Below, piece by piece: positions 17,675 through 27,713 of a DNA stretch of 51,108 nucleotides. Positions within the stretch are counted from its first letter, which is position 1; each line of letters starts with the position of its first letter. The stretch is from positions 1-51,108 of the forward strand of contig JBOHJV010000001.1 in the NCBI GenBank assembly GCA_050728695.1, written 5' to 3'. The translations under genes and the position numbers were made by a program. Below the pieces are notes generated by a model. That model saw only the letters and a list, made by a program, of their open reading frames with translations. It was not told the origin of the DNA and ran no database searches. The DNA comes from Methylocella sp. GTDB lineage: Bacteria; Pseudomonadota; Alphaproteobacteria; Rhizobiales; Beijerinckiaceae.

Positions 17675-18511
17675 ATGCTCGACGTGGTTTCTTGCCTCCC
17701 GTGGCCGCTGCCGCTTTCGGTCCTCGTGTGGGCGGTCCAGATGGCCGTCTTTCATGGCGCGGGGCTGTTGTTCGAATGGAGCGACCGGACGGGAATGCTC
17801 GCGTCCCTCAAGGTGCGCGACGTCGACCGGCTGGGTTATTTCGAGCTGTTGCCGCGGGTGCTCGCCAATCAAGTTTTTGTCCTGCTTCCAGCCATGGCTG
17901 TGCTCCAGTATACGGGGCTGGCTTTCACCGGCGCGCCGCATTTGAGCGTTTTGCATTTTTTTGCCGGAATGGCGCTGATGGGCGTCGGGCATGACATTGT
18001 CCAATATGTTTTCCACCGCTTTGTGCTGCACCGGCCTGGCTTGATACGTCAGCTCGGACATAGCGTGCATCACTCGACCGGCGCGAGCAAGGCGATTAGC
18101 GCCTGCTACATGAGTCCGGCCGATTTCTTTCTCGAGATCGTCCTGCCTTACCTTGTGCCGCTGGCGATCGCTGGAGCGGGGGCCGACGTTTCGTTTCACC
18201 TTGCCGTTGCCTGTCTCGGCGCTATTGGCGGCCTCTACGAACATTCGGGATATGATTTCGCGGTTCGCTTGCGGCCTCCCAACGGGTCCGGCTCCAGACC
18301 GCTGGCTTGGCTCTCTCATCTGGTGACGAGTAAAGCCCATGGCGAGCATCATCGCCGACGCAATGTTAGCTTTAGCGATGGTTTCGGCTCGCCGGGCATT
18401 TGCGACACGATTTTTAGGACCCGTTGGGATATGGCGGCAGCAGCCGTAAAAGCCAGGTCGTCCGTGCGTGGCGCTGGCGAAGAACCAGCGCGTGCGCGCC
18501 ATCAAACATAG
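17675..18511 (+). CDS. Sterol desaturase / fatty acid hydroxylase family membrane protein
   Basis: His boxes HRFVLH, HSVHH, YEHSGY and HGEHH, with several TM segments. AGGA RBS before ATG 17675. Confidence 0.85.
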   Translation: MLDVVSCLPWPLPLSVLVWAVQMAVFHGAGLLFEWSDRTGMLASLKVRDVDRLGYFELLPRVLANQVFVLLPAMAVLQYTGLAFTGAPHLSVLHFFAGMALMGVGHDIVQYVFHRFVLHRPGLIRQLGHSVHHSTGASKAISACYMSPADFFLEIVLPYLVPLAIAGAGADVSFHLAVACLGAIGGLYEHSGYDFAVRLRPPNGSGSRPLAWLSHLVTSKAHGEHHRRRNVSFSDGFGSPGICDTIFRTRWDMAAAAVKARSSVRGAGEEPARARHQT

Positions 18512-18590
18512 CCTGACCAGAGGTTGTGAAACCACTGCCGCGGATCGATCGCCTGCCACCCGGAATCAACGAAAATATTGGGGAGGCGCT

Positions 18591-19091
18591 ATGCGAAGGA
18601 TTTTGACAGCTGTTCTTGCGGTTGCTTGCGTTGCGCTAATTCCGCGAGGCGCGGCACCACAGGCCAGCCGGCCCCGCGCGACGGCAGTATTCCCGGTCGA
18701 GCTGTGGGACACCAGCGGAGAAGCGACAAAGCCAGGCCAGGCCGAGCGACTAAAGCTTGCCACGAATAAGCTCGCCGAGCTCATGGAGCACACTGGCCGC
18801 TACCGCAGCGTCGATCTTTCCCAGTTCGCCGCGCGAATTGCGGCGACCGAACCGCGTTACAATTGCAACGAATGTTGGCGCGACGTCGCGCGCGACGCCG
18901 GCGCCGAGCTCGCGGTCCTCGCGGTCGTACACAAGGTCTCGACCTTGATCTCCTTCGTCGATCTTTATGTCGCCGATCTCGCAACCGGCAAATACATTGC
19001 TCATGCCGATGCTCAGTTTCGCGGCGACGACGACAGGGCCTATATCCGGGCTTTCGAGTTTCTCGTCAACGAGCGCCTGAATCGCAAATGA
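18591..19091 (+). CDS. Secreted DUF3280/DUF2380-like protein
   Basis: GGAGG RBS and signal peptide; AVFPVELWDTSGE, CNEC..AR..GA and VHKVSTLI pattern. Confidence 0.7.
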   Translation: MRRILTAVLAVACVALIPRGAAPQASRPRATAVFPVELWDTSGEATKPGQAERLKLATNKLAELMEHTGRYRSVDLSQFAARIAATEPRYNCNECWRDVARDAGAELAVLAVVHKVSTLISFVDLYVADLATGKYIAHADAQFRGDDDRAYIRAFEFLVNERLNRK

Positions 19092-19126
19092 CCGTTTCCC
19101 TCCGGGAAAAACATTCCGTGCCGCGT

Positions 19127-19891
19127 TCAAGGCTCGAAACCCTCGAAAATAATCTGATCCGCCCAAAGTCTTGCACGCAGAAGAGCTTCGCGCGAGCGCA
19201 CCGTCCAGGTCAGGACCGGCATCCCAATTCCTTGTCGGCAGAGCGTCGGCACGGCATGCGGCAAATCGCTCTGATTCCAAGATAGGAAATCCGGCCTCGC
19301 GAGCGGAAAATCCCGGAGATCCGCGAAGCTTGCGCGCTTGTCTTGCGGCAGACCGGCCCATTCCTCGGAGGTGTCGTAGCGCGCCACCGCGACAAGGCCG
19401 AGGGGGCATCGGGCGCCGGCGCCACGCAGATGGATGAGGACTGCCGGATCGAAGCTTTTAAGACAAGCTGGCCCGGCGCAGGCGGCCACGGCGGCCATCG
19501 CTCGATCGGCAAGGCGCATGTCGCCGTCGTAGCGGCTTTTGATCTCGACGATGACCGGCGTGCGGCCGCCGATGCGAATGAGAAGATCCTGTAACGAAAC
19601 GATCCTTTGATCGCAGTCCTTATACGCGAGCTGGGCGAGGTCATGGGCGTGGAACGCATCGACGCGGCCTTCCTCCCGCATCAAACGGTCGAGGGTAAAA
19701 TCGTGGAACACCATGGCTTCGCCATCATATGTCCGCTGAACATCGCATTCGATCGCATAGTTCTTGGCGATCGCCGCGGCGGCGGCGGCGGGCGTATTTT
19801 CGACCAATCCGGTTTGTTTGGAATGAAGACCCCGGTGCGCGATCGGCCGCGCCGTCAGCCAGTCCGGCGCATTTAGTGTCCACCCCGTCAA
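19127..19891 (-). CDS. Glycerophosphodiester phosphodiesterase family protein
   Basis: IAHRGLH, ENT, IECDVQ, VFHD.TLDRL, VEIKS, SFDP and WTVR. TTG start overlaps the upstream stop. Confidence 0.9.
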   Translation of the reverse strand: MTGWTLNAPDWLTARPIAHRGLHSKQTGLVENTPAAAAAAIAKNYAIECDVQRTYDGEAMVFHDFTLDRLMREEGRVDAFHAHDLAQLAYKDCDQRIVSLQDLLIRIGGRTPVIVEIKSRYDGDMRLADRAMAAVAACAGPACLKSFDPAVLIHLRGAGARCPLGLVAVARYDTSEEWAGLPQDKRASFADLRDFPLARPDFLSWNQSDLPHAVPTLCRQGIGMPVLTWTVRSREALLRARLWADQIIFEGFEP

Positions 19892-20361
19892 AGGCCCGCG
19901 ATCTCAAACAGCGCCTCGATCTCGACCGCGCTGTCCAGTGGCAGTCCAGCGACGCCGACCGTCGACCTTGCGTGGCGGCCCTTGTCTTCCAAAACCTCCA
20001 CCATGAAATCCGAGGCGCCATTCATCACGCCCGCCAAATTGGCGAACCCCGGCGCCGCATTGATGAAACCGCCGAGCCTCACGCAACGCGAAATCCTGTC
20101 GAGGTTGCCCAAGGCCGCCTTGGCTTGCGCGAGGATATTTGTCGCGCACAAGCGCGCCGCCGCTTGTCCCGCTTTGCTTGAAACGTCCGCCCCGAGCTTG
20201 CCTTTATGCGCGGGATCGAGCGTGCCGCCTGGACCAATGGGTAGCTGGCCGGAAACGGCAAGAAGCGAGCCGCAAACGACAAAAGGAAGATAATTGGCGA
20301 TGGGCGCCGCCGGAGTCGGCAACGATATCCCCAACGCCGCCAATCTGTCTTCGGCCGTCAT
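19888..20361 (-). CDS. RidA/YjgF (Rid) family protein
   Basis: P.ANY.P, VSGQLP, NGASD and GRHARSTVGV..LPLDSAVEIE. Confidence 0.9.
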   Translation of the reverse strand: MTAEDRLAALGISLPTPAAPIANYLPFVVCGSLLAVSGQLPIGPGGTLDPAHKGKLGADVSSKAGQAAARLCATNILAQAKAALGNLDRISRCVRLGGFINAAPGFANLAGVMNGASDFMVEVLEDKGRHARSTVGVAGLPLDSAVEIEALFEIAGL

Positions 20362-20698
20362 GGCCAAACTCTCCGGTTCTTTCGAGGATACCCAAAAGCG
20401 TAAAACCTGCTAATTGTAAAGCGTTAACCATCGAGAAGGCCGCCCCGACCTTTGGCGCGCCATCCCAGCCGCGATGCGCCGCGCGATCCTGGCGTCCAGG
20501 CGCCTTTTTCGCTCCGGCGCCACGAACGTCTCGCTCTTGCTGTTACCTGTTCGATCTATCATTATTGCGGCAGATTGATCCGCATTGCGGCATATTGATC
20601 GGCGGCGAACGCGCCAAAGACCTCGCCACGGCGAGTCAACGTTGCTCGGGATAAGTCTACGGGGAGTGCGATCACAAGCATGCTCCAGGAGGGTTGGT

Positions 20699-21214
20699 TT
20701 GGTCCCCCGCATCCACGTCTGCCCGCTTTCAAAACTCCCCGAGACGGTCCGCGGGACCGGCGCGCGTAGCCTCGTCACGTTGATCGACAAGGGAACGCCG
20801 GTCAGGCGCCCCGCCGGAATCGCCGCCGAAGAACATCTCGTTGTCGTCCTCTCCGACGTCGTCGCGGAATTTGAGGGCCATATACCTCCGGCCGAATCCC
20901 ACGTCGAAGAGCTCCTGGCCTTCGTGCGGCGATGGGACCAAATGGCACCTTTGTTGATCCATTGCTTCGCGGGCGTGAGCCGTTCGCCGGCGGCGGCGTT
21001 TATCGCCGCTTGCGCCTTGCGCCCGCGTCAAAATGAGGCCGGGATCGCGAACGCGATGCGAGCCAGTTCGCCGACCGCGACGCCCAATGCACGGCTCGTT
21101 GCGATCGCCGATTCGATGCTTGGACGCGACGGGCGGATGGTTGCCGCAATCGAGAAAATCGGCCGCGGTTGCGATTGTTTCGAAGGCGCTCCTTTTAGTC
21201 TGGAGTTGCGTTGA
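20699..21214 (+). CDS. Predicted protein-tyrosine phosphatase
   Basis: Catalytic loop IHCFAGVSRS and SPTATPN. TTG start after AGGAGG. Confidence 0.85.
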   Translation: MVPRIHVCPLSKLPETVRGTGARSLVTLIDKGTPVRRPAGIAAEEHLVVVLSDVVAEFEGHIPPAESHVEELLAFVRRWDQMAPLLIHCFAGVSRSPAAAFIAACALRPRQNEAGIANAMRASSPTATPNARLVAIADSMLGRDGRMVAAIEKIGRGCDCFEGAPFSLELR

Positions 21215-21277
21215 ATTGCAAGCGCGTCTAGACCGTCTTCAAAGCGAAGCCGAGGCTGGCTCGCGTCCGGACAAAGC

Positions 21278-21550
21278 GTGAAGCCGAAAAAAGAGGCGAC
21301 CTTGCCCGCCACCGATACAGATATCGCCAAACTGTCTTTCGAGGATGCGCTCAAGGAACTCGAACAGATAGTGGACAAGCTCGAAAAAGGCACTGTCGGG
21401 CTGGAGGAGTCGATTGCAATCTATGCGCGCGGCGAGGCGTTGAAGACACATTGCGATAGGTTGCTAAAAAGCGCTGAGGAGAGAATCGAAAAAATTAGTT
21501 TGGCCGCCGACGGCCGCCCGAGCGGAACCGAACCCCTCGACGTGGAATGA
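21278..21550 (+). CDS. xseB: Exodeoxyribonuclease VII small subunit
   Basis: [36 protein letters not shown]. Confidence 0.95.
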   Translation: MKPKKEATLPATDTDIAKLSFEDALKELEQIVDKLEKGTVGLEESIAIYARGEALKTHCDRLLKSAEERIEKISLAADGRPSGTEPLDVE

Positions 21551-21655
21551 ATTTTGGATTTTTGTCGGCTGAACCATCGCTCCCGTGCGCGAATTGCGCC
21601 GCCGCCGTCGTCCTTTGCCAGTGCCGGGAATGAAATCCAACCGAGGTTTGACCCC

Positions 21656-22342
21656 ATGGTTGATTATGCTGTCGCCACGCCGCCGGTCGTCACGCTCCCC
21701 GCGCCGCCGGGAAAGCCTTTCGCGGTCCGCCGCATTTTTTGCATCGGCCAAAATTATAAGGACCACACCAAGGAGATGGGCGGAAACCCCGAGACCGATT
21801 TTCCGTTTTTCTTCATGAAACCGGCCGGCGCCATCCTCCAGAATGGCGAAACCATGCCTTACCCCCCGGGTACGAGCGACCTTCAGCATGAGGTCGAGCT
21901 TGTCGTGGCGATGAGTATGGGCGGCCGGAACGTTCCACCCGAAAAGGCCAACGATATGGTTTTCGGCTATGCCGTGGGCCTTGATATGACGAAGCGCGAT
22001 GTCCAGACCGAATTGAGGAAAAAGGGCCGGCCATGGGAGATGGCCAAGGCGTTCGACTGCTCCGCGCCCTGTTCCGCCATTGCGTTAAAGGCCCGCACTG
22101 GCGCGATCGCCAAAGGCAAGGTGGAGTGCCGGGTGAACGGGCAGTTGCGGCAAACGGCCGATCTCGACGGGATGATCTGGGGGGTTCCCCAAATCATTCA
22201 TTATATTTCGCAACAAGTCGAAATCGCGCCGGGCGATCTCATCTTCACCGGCACGCCAGCCGGGGTGGGACCTGTCGTCAAGGGCGACAAGATCGAAGCC
22301 TCGATCGCGGGGCTGGCGCCACTGTCGATCGAGATCGAGTGA
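21656..22342 (+). CDS. Fumarylacetoacetate hydrolase family protein
   Basis: RRIFCIGQNY..H, FFMKP, HEVELVV, LDMTKRD and GDLIFTGTPAGVG. Confidence 0.92.
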   Translation: MVDYAVATPPVVTLPAPPGKPFAVRRIFCIGQNYKDHTKEMGGNPETDFPFFFMKPAGAILQNGETMPYPPGTSDLQHEVELVVAMSMGGRNVPPEKANDMVFGYAVGLDMTKRDVQTELRKKGRPWEMAKAFDCSAPCSAIALKARTGAIAKGKVECRVNGQLRQTADLDGMIWGVPQIIHYISQQVEIAPGDLIFTGTPAGVGPVVKGDKIEASIAGLAPLSIEIE

Positions 22343-22365
22343 GTCTGTCCGTCGTGGATCGCGCA

Positions 22366-23145
22366 CTATTCGATATTGCTTCCCAGGTGCGTCTTGACGG
22401 CTGACTTTGGCTTGACGTCAAGTTCTTGGATTTGATTCCACGTATTCGATTGCGCGATCATCCGCCGGATCGCGGCGACATTGGCCGCCGCGTCCTTGGC
22501 GTCGAGATCGTGCCGCGCCACCTCCTCGGCGGTCGCGAATTTGCCTTCGAGGGCAAGGACAAGAGCGAGATTCTGGCGCACCGGCTTGTCGGCATCGTGC
22601 TGTGCCGCGGCTTCCCGCAGCGTCTTTTCGGCTTGCGGCAATTTTTTCGAAAGCGCGTAGGAAAGTCCGAGATTGGACAAAACATGCGGCTGCGCCGGCA
22701 CGATTTTGAGCGCCGCCGCATAGTAGGCTTGGGCTTGCTCGTGGTCGCCGAGCTGATCGGAGACCGAGCCTTGCGCGGAAAGCACGGACCAATCCGGCCG
22801 CTCGGGGGTATGGGCATGAGCCAATACCTCGGCCGCCTCGCGCGACCGCCCGGCATCGGCCAAGGCTTTGCCATAAGCGGATAGGACCTCCGGGTCGCGG
22901 GAAAATTTGATCGCCAGCCGTTGCAATACCGCGACGGCCTGCGCATTTTCCATCATGCCGCGCAGGGCCCGCGCGTAATTTAGCGCAATTGCCTTGTCGT
23001 CCGGGTTGCGGTTGTGTTGGCGTCCCAATTCCTCCACGCTCCGCCGGTTGTCGGGCTCGGAGCCGCCGATTGAGCCGGTGACGTCCTGCGGGCTGCTGGA
23101 GCAGCCGCAGAGACACAGCGCGGCGGCCAGAAACGTTTTCCGCAT
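22366..23145 (-). CDS. TPR lipoprotein, Flp pilus assembly TadD/CpaO-like
   Basis: Lipobox LCGC and TPR repeats (YGKALA..GR..EA, SNLGLSYAL, RQNLALVL). Confidence 0.82.
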   Translation of the reverse strand: MRKTFLAAALCLCGCSSSPQDVTGSIGGSEPDNRRSVEELGRQHNRNPDDKAIALNYARALRGMMENAQAVAVLQRLAIKFSRDPEVLSAYGKALADAGRSREAAEVLAHAHTPERPDWSVLSAQGSVSDQLGDHEQAQAYYAAALKIVPAQPHVLSNLGLSYALSKKLPQAEKTLREAAAQHDADKPVRQNLALVLALEGKFATAEEVARHDLDAKDAAANVAAIRRMIAQSNTWNQIQELDVKPKSAVKTHLGSNIE

Positions 23146-23376
23146 GACGCCGGCCGCAAGGCGGCCCAGCCAGATTTTTTGCTTGAGAATCACGATGTTT
23201 CGTCCATTTCATATCATGAAGTATGCCAAGCGCTTGCGCCGCGCCTTGATTCGCGCCGGTTTTGCCGATCATCGGTTATCAAACCTGAGCATGGCTTACG
23301 TGGCTTGCCGCAAGAGGGGCATTTGCGCAAAATTTTGCCGGCCATTGGCATGAGTTCGAGGAGCGCGCCAGGAAAC

Positions 23377-24792
23377 ATGGCAGTGTTTTCGCCAGGTCGC
23401 AGTGTCCTCCCTAGCCTTTCCGCTTCGGCGATGATGGCCGCGACGCCTGCCATGGCCGGGGAAGCTTTCGACGGCGCGCGGCTCCCCTGGCCGCTCGCCC
23501 TGCCCTTCGCCGGGATATTGATGTCGATTGCGCTTGGACCGCTCGTCGTCAGGGAATGGTGGCATATCCATTACGCGAAGGCGGCTTTGTTTTGGGCGAT
23601 AATGGCGCTTGGAGGCCTTATCGCCGTTGAAGGGTTGTCGGCGGCGGCGGCCGGCTTCGTGCATAGCATGGCATTCGAGTATTTGCCGTTTATTCTCATG
23701 CTTTTCGCGCTCTACACCGCGGCTGGAGGCATTACGGTCGAGGGCATGCTCAACGGGTCGGCGCCGGTCAACACGACGATCCTTGCGCTTGGCGCCATGA
23801 TCGCGAACATTATCGGAACGACCGCCGCCTCGATGATCCTCATCCTGCCGCTCATTCGCGCGAATCGCGCGCGGACATTCAACGCCCATGTGGTGGTCTT
23901 CTTCATTTTTCTTGTCTCGAACATTGGCGGAGTGCTGACGCCGCTTGGCAATCCGCCTCTGTTCCTTGGCTTTTTGCGGGGAATCGATTTTTTCTGGAGT
24001 GCCCGCAATTTGTGGCCGCAGGCCTTGTTTGCGTCCGTTGTCTTGCTTGCGATATTCTTTCTTGTAGATTCGTATTTTTACCGGCGTGAGGAAAACCTTC
24101 CGCGTGCCGAAACGGCTAGCGTCAAACTGCGGGTCAGCGGCCGCGCGAATATCTTGCTCATCGGCATCGCGATCCTCGCCATCGCCGCAAGCGGTTTTTG
24201 GCGTCCGGGCATCGGCTTCGAGGTGGTTGGAACAAGGATCGAACTACAAAACCTGATACGCGAGCTCATCATGGTCGTCGTCGGGCTTGCTTCGCTTCGG
24301 CTAACCAATCCGGAGGTTCGCGCCGCAAACGGCTTTGAATGGGAGCCAATCAGGGAAGTGGCCTATCTCTTCGCGGGCATTTTCATTTGCATCATTCCGG
24401 TGATGGCGATGCTGCACGCCGGCGCCAAGGGTCCGTTTTCCGCCGCGATCAATCTCCTGGCGCGGAATGGCGTGCCAGACAACGCGGTCTATTTCTGGGC
24501 GACGGGCATCCTCTCGTCCTTCCTCGACAACGCGCCGACCTATCTTGTGTTTTTTCAGCTCGCCGGCGGCGACCCCGCGGCGCTCATGGGTCCACTCAGT
24601 AAGACTTTGACGGCGATTTCGCTCGGCGCGGTGTTCATGGGCGCCAACACCTACATCGGCAATGCGCCGAATTTCATGGTTTACGCCATTGCCCGGCGCG
24701 CCGGCGTAAAAATGCCTGGTTTCTTCCCCTATATGGTCTGGTCGGGCGCGATCCTTTTTCCCGTCTTCGCGGCCCTCGCCTGGCTGATGTAG
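23377..24792 (+). CDS. IT-superfamily membrane transporter (putative Na+:H+ antiporter / citrate transporter-like)
   Basis: About 12 TM helices; IGTTAASM, VSNIGGVLTPLGNPPLFLGF, SSFLDNAPTY and GANTYIGNAPNFMV. Confidence 0.85.
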   Translation: MAVFSPGRSVLPSLSASAMMAATPAMAGEAFDGARLPWPLALPFAGILMSIALGPLVVREWWHIHYAKAALFWAIMALGGLIAVEGLSAAAAGFVHSMAFEYLPFILMLFALYTAAGGITVEGMLNGSAPVNTTILALGAMIANIIGTTAASMILILPLIRANRARTFNAHVVVFFIFLVSNIGGVLTPLGNPPLFLGFLRGIDFFWSARNLWPQALFASVVLLAIFFLVDSYFYRREENLPRAETASVKLRVSGRANILLIGIAILAIAASGFWRPGIGFEVVGTRIELQNLIRELIMVVVGLASLRLTNPEVRAANGFEWEPIREVAYLFAGIFICIIPVMAMLHAGAKGPFSAAINLLARNGVPDNAVYFWATGILSSFLDNAPTYLVFFQLAGGDPAALMGPLSKTLTAISLGAVFMGANTYIGNAPNFMVYAIARRAGVKMPGFFPYMVWSGAILFPVFAALAWLM

Positions 24793-24857
24793 CAAGCTCC
24801 CCGCGGGCGACGGCGGGCGTTGACCCATGGGTTGCGGGATAGTTGCTTCGCCGCCGC

Positions 24858-25235
24858 TCAGGCGCCTCCGCACATATGCTCCGAATCCGGCAGTTTCCAG
24901 GTTTGGTGCGTGCGCAGATTGGTGGTGCGGTAGACACGGCCGCGATTGTCGCCCTTGGGACAATGACGCGGGATGGATACGAGACACATCCACGCCCGGT
25001 CGCCCGCCTTCGAATGTTCGATCGCAGGCACGGTGTCATAGCTAACCTGATAGCCGCCATTATTAAAGGTCACCGCGCTGCCCGATCCTGGAACGCCCTG
25101 AAGACGGGTTTCAATTGATTTGATCGTGGTCCTGACGCACGCGCCGACGCGCATCGGCAAGTGACCGGCGCGCGCCGGCGCGCAGACGGCGAGCGATAGA
25201 ATGGCGAGAAGGAAGACCTGCTTGCGATGGGACAT
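24858..25235 (-). CDS. Small secreted Cys-containing hypothetical protein
   Basis: GAGGAG RBS, signal peptide (APARA-G) and four Cys in the mature part (C..CLVSIPRHCPKGD.RG..CGGA). Confidence 0.75.
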   Translation of the reverse strand: MSHRKQVFLLAILSLAVCAPARAGHLPMRVGACVRTTIKSIETRLQGVPGSGSAVTFNNGGYQVSYDTVPAIEHSKAGDRAWMCLVSIPRHCPKGDNRGRVYRTTNLRTHQTWKLPDSEHMCGGA

Positions 25236-25667
25236 GGGACGCTCCTCGTTTGAAGGGATTGTTCATCCTACTCCAAATCGGATGGCATGGCCGGGTATGT
25301 CCGGCCAATTAGTCCGAACCGTTGGTAAACACTTTTACCTTAACGGCGGTCGCGCTTTACGCGCGGAAAAACCCAATTCAGCGCATGGCGGCGGAGCTTC
25401 GCGCCAGCATTGACGGCAAGACCAAGCGCGCGCGCCCGGCCAGGCGAGCGTCGCTTCATCGACATGGCTTTCGGCGAAGGCGGGCATTGCTCAGAAGGCG
25501 ATCGTGGCGGCGTCAGGCTCAGGCCAGGCGGGAATGCAAGACACCCGGGTTTAGCCAAGCCTAAGGGCACGTCACGGAATTTCGCCATATTTAGCGTCCC
25601 CACTATCTGAAACGAAACCAATTCAATGATATGTTTCCGAGGCCCTTGATAATTATGAGAGGTTGTG

Positions 25668-27224
25668 ATGAAGGAGCTCGTGATCCCGAACGTCGAAGAT
25701 GCCGAGGAGAATGTCTCCGACTATGTTGCGGTGCTTGCTCGGGTGTTAGCCGCATTGGCGAGTGCCAATGGTCCTATTACCATCCTTGAATACACTTGTT
25801 GCGTTAAGACGGTTAGCAAAATCGCCGACAGCATGAATGACCCTGCCTTGTCCGCATCGGATGGCCCCGCCTTGCTTGCCGCGATCGTCATGCGTGCCTT
25901 GGCGTCCGGCAGGAGCGATCTCGATGGGGCACTTAAGGAACTCAAGGCTGCGTCTAAATCGCTGCCCGATGATGTTCGAAAGGCGGCGCTGGAGACGACT
26001 GCGCCAATTGTGGCACTCCAAGGGGATCAGGCTCATGATCTTTATGCACGGGTAGCAAAGGCATTGAACACTCGAGTCGATCCGCGTGTCCTGTCCAATT
26101 TCGTGCCCCCGAGGGATCGCAGCTTCCGCAATATTATCAAAGGATTCGTCAAGCAAAGAGACGTAAGGTTGGATAGCATTCTGGGTGTAGCCTATGCCTA
26201 CGGCCACGCCCAACTGGTGGAAGAAATCTCAAACAAGTTAGCCGAGGGAAGGCCGCAAGATGTAGAAGAGGCACGCAAGATGTGTCAGGGCTTGGTACAA
26301 CAGATCAGAGCCGACGCCGATGAACTATTCAAACAGCGTGAATCCTTAATTTTACGACGAGAACTCGCTACAAAGGTGTATGATGCAATCTCGTCTACCG
26401 TACAACAAGTAAAGCAACGTCTTCAGGCTCTGGAGCGGTGGGTTGAGCTTCAAAAACGAGAGTTCGCGGAAGATATTGAGGATTTCATTGTGAACGCGGG
26501 TAACGAAATCGCATTGGGCCTGCAAGATCGAGTTCGAGGCGGTGACTGGTTGAATGAGAGCGTCTGGAAAACTTTCGCCAAGAATCAACACGGGAGAGCG
26601 CTACAAGCACGGTATGAGAAACTAAAATGGCGGCATGAACGGCGAGTTGAATTAATCGAGAAGGAGTTGATGCTTTTCCAAAATGAGTTATTGGCGTCGC
26701 GTCCTCGTCTGCTTCGAAGTATCGATCAAAAGGAGTTTGTAGAACTCCTGCTGCCTCCGCCATCTAGGGCGCGGATCATGACCTCGATCGATCAAGCGGC
26801 AAGTTTTACGATCTTGGCGACCGGCGTGGCTGGTGCGGGATCGCTCGCGATGGTAGCCACCGGATTTGCAACCCTGGCGGCGCCCCTAGCCGTTCCTTTG
26901 TCGGCTGCGATTATCGGACCGATGGCCGTCGCTTATCTTTATAAGGCATTTGCCAATCCAGAGGAACGCAAGCAAAAGGAGATTTGCAACAAGCTGCAGG
27001 ACATTGAAGAAGGCATCAGGAAAGTGTTGCAAGGAGCAAAAGAAACGCAGGCCGCGACGCTTGAGTCCGTCGTGAACGAATTTTACAGCGCCGCTGAATG
27101 GTATCTCGTTCCGCTCGTCCACACTTCTCGCCGAGCCGTTGATATTGTTAGCCTGCAAGAGCGCTTGATTGAGCAGTCCGTCGAAAACACGATCGGCTCG
27201 TTGGAATCTCTGAGTCTGGTATGA
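25668..27224 (+). CDS. Hypothetical protein: TerB-like N-terminal helices, long coiled coils, Gly/Ala-rich membrane hairpin
   Basis: Uninterrupted 518-codon ORF with GAGG RBS and AT-richer codon usage. N-terminus has LAALASANGPITILEY; the hydrophobic stretch is ASFTILATGVAGAGSLAMVATGFATLAAPLAVPLSAAIIGPMAVAYLY. Confidence 0.75.
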   Translation: MKELVIPNVEDAEENVSDYVAVLARVLAALASANGPITILEYTCCVKTVSKIADSMNDPALSASDGPALLAAIVMRALASGRSDLDGALKELKAASKSLPDDVRKAALETTAPIVALQGDQAHDLYARVAKALNTRVDPRVLSNFVPPRDRSFRNIIKGFVKQRDVRLDSILGVAYAYGHAQLVEEISNKLAEGRPQDVEEARKMCQGLVQQIRADADELFKQRESLILRRELATKVYDAISSTVQQVKQRLQALERWVELQKREFAEDIEDFIVNAGNEIALGLQDRVRGGDWLNESVWKTFAKNQHGRALQARYEKLKWRHERRVELIEKELMLFQNELLASRPRLLRSIDQKEFVELLLPPPSRARIMTSIDQAASFTILATGVAGAGSLAMVATGFATLAAPLAVPLSAAIIGPMAVAYLYKAFANPEERKQKEICNKLQDIEEGIRKVLQGAKETQAATLESVVNEFYSAAEWYLVPLVHTSRRAVDIVSLQERLIEQSVENTIGSLESLSLV

Positions 27225-27365
27225 AGTGCTTGTTCCCATGATTTTTCCGCCTGCTGACGGCACGGGGCATTACCAAAGGCGACTCGGGTCTGCCGTGCGT
27301 TGAATGGGAATGGATGGCCGCGGCAACCTCTTTCAATATTTGCAGGACGACATCCACGCCCTTAA

Positions 27366-27405
27366 GCTGAGGAGATCGCGAAGCGATAGTCTCGAAGCAC
27401 GAGGG
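27366..27405 (+). repeat. Rhizobiales REP-like palindrome (CTGAGGAG..GTCTCGAAG type), copy 1
   Basis: gctgaggagatcgcgaagcgatagtctcgaagcacgaggg; similar to the copy at 28336. Confidence 0.65.
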
Positions 27406-27476
27406 CGTTGACGCGACTCGCGAGTTTTCCGCGCGTGTCGCGCAAAGAAACCCATGCATCGCGTGGCGGCGGAAAA

Positions 27477-27625
27477 GCGCATCTGAACTTTGAACTCAAG
27501 GACGCGATCCGATCTCGGCTGTTGCCGAGATCGGCATTTATAATGTCGAAATCGGACTTGTCCGATTTTGACTGGCGCGCCGCCTCCGGCGGTCGCAGGT
27601 CCTTGACTTCAAAGTTCAGATACGC
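27477..27625. mobile_element. Miniature inverted-repeat element (MITE/RIME-like)
   Basis: 27-bp terminal inverted repeats gcgcatctgaactttgaactcaaggac / gtccttgacttcaaagttcagatacgc (2 mismatches) enclosing hairpins ccgatctcggc..gccgagatcgg and aaatcggac.tgtccgattt. No ORF. Confidence 0.75.
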
Positions 27626-27713
27626 AGGGGCTCAGCCGTGCGATGAATGGGAACGTGTGGCCGGAGCGAACTGACAAGATAAAATCCCTCATCGCATGAC
27701 CCCGCAGTTCCTC

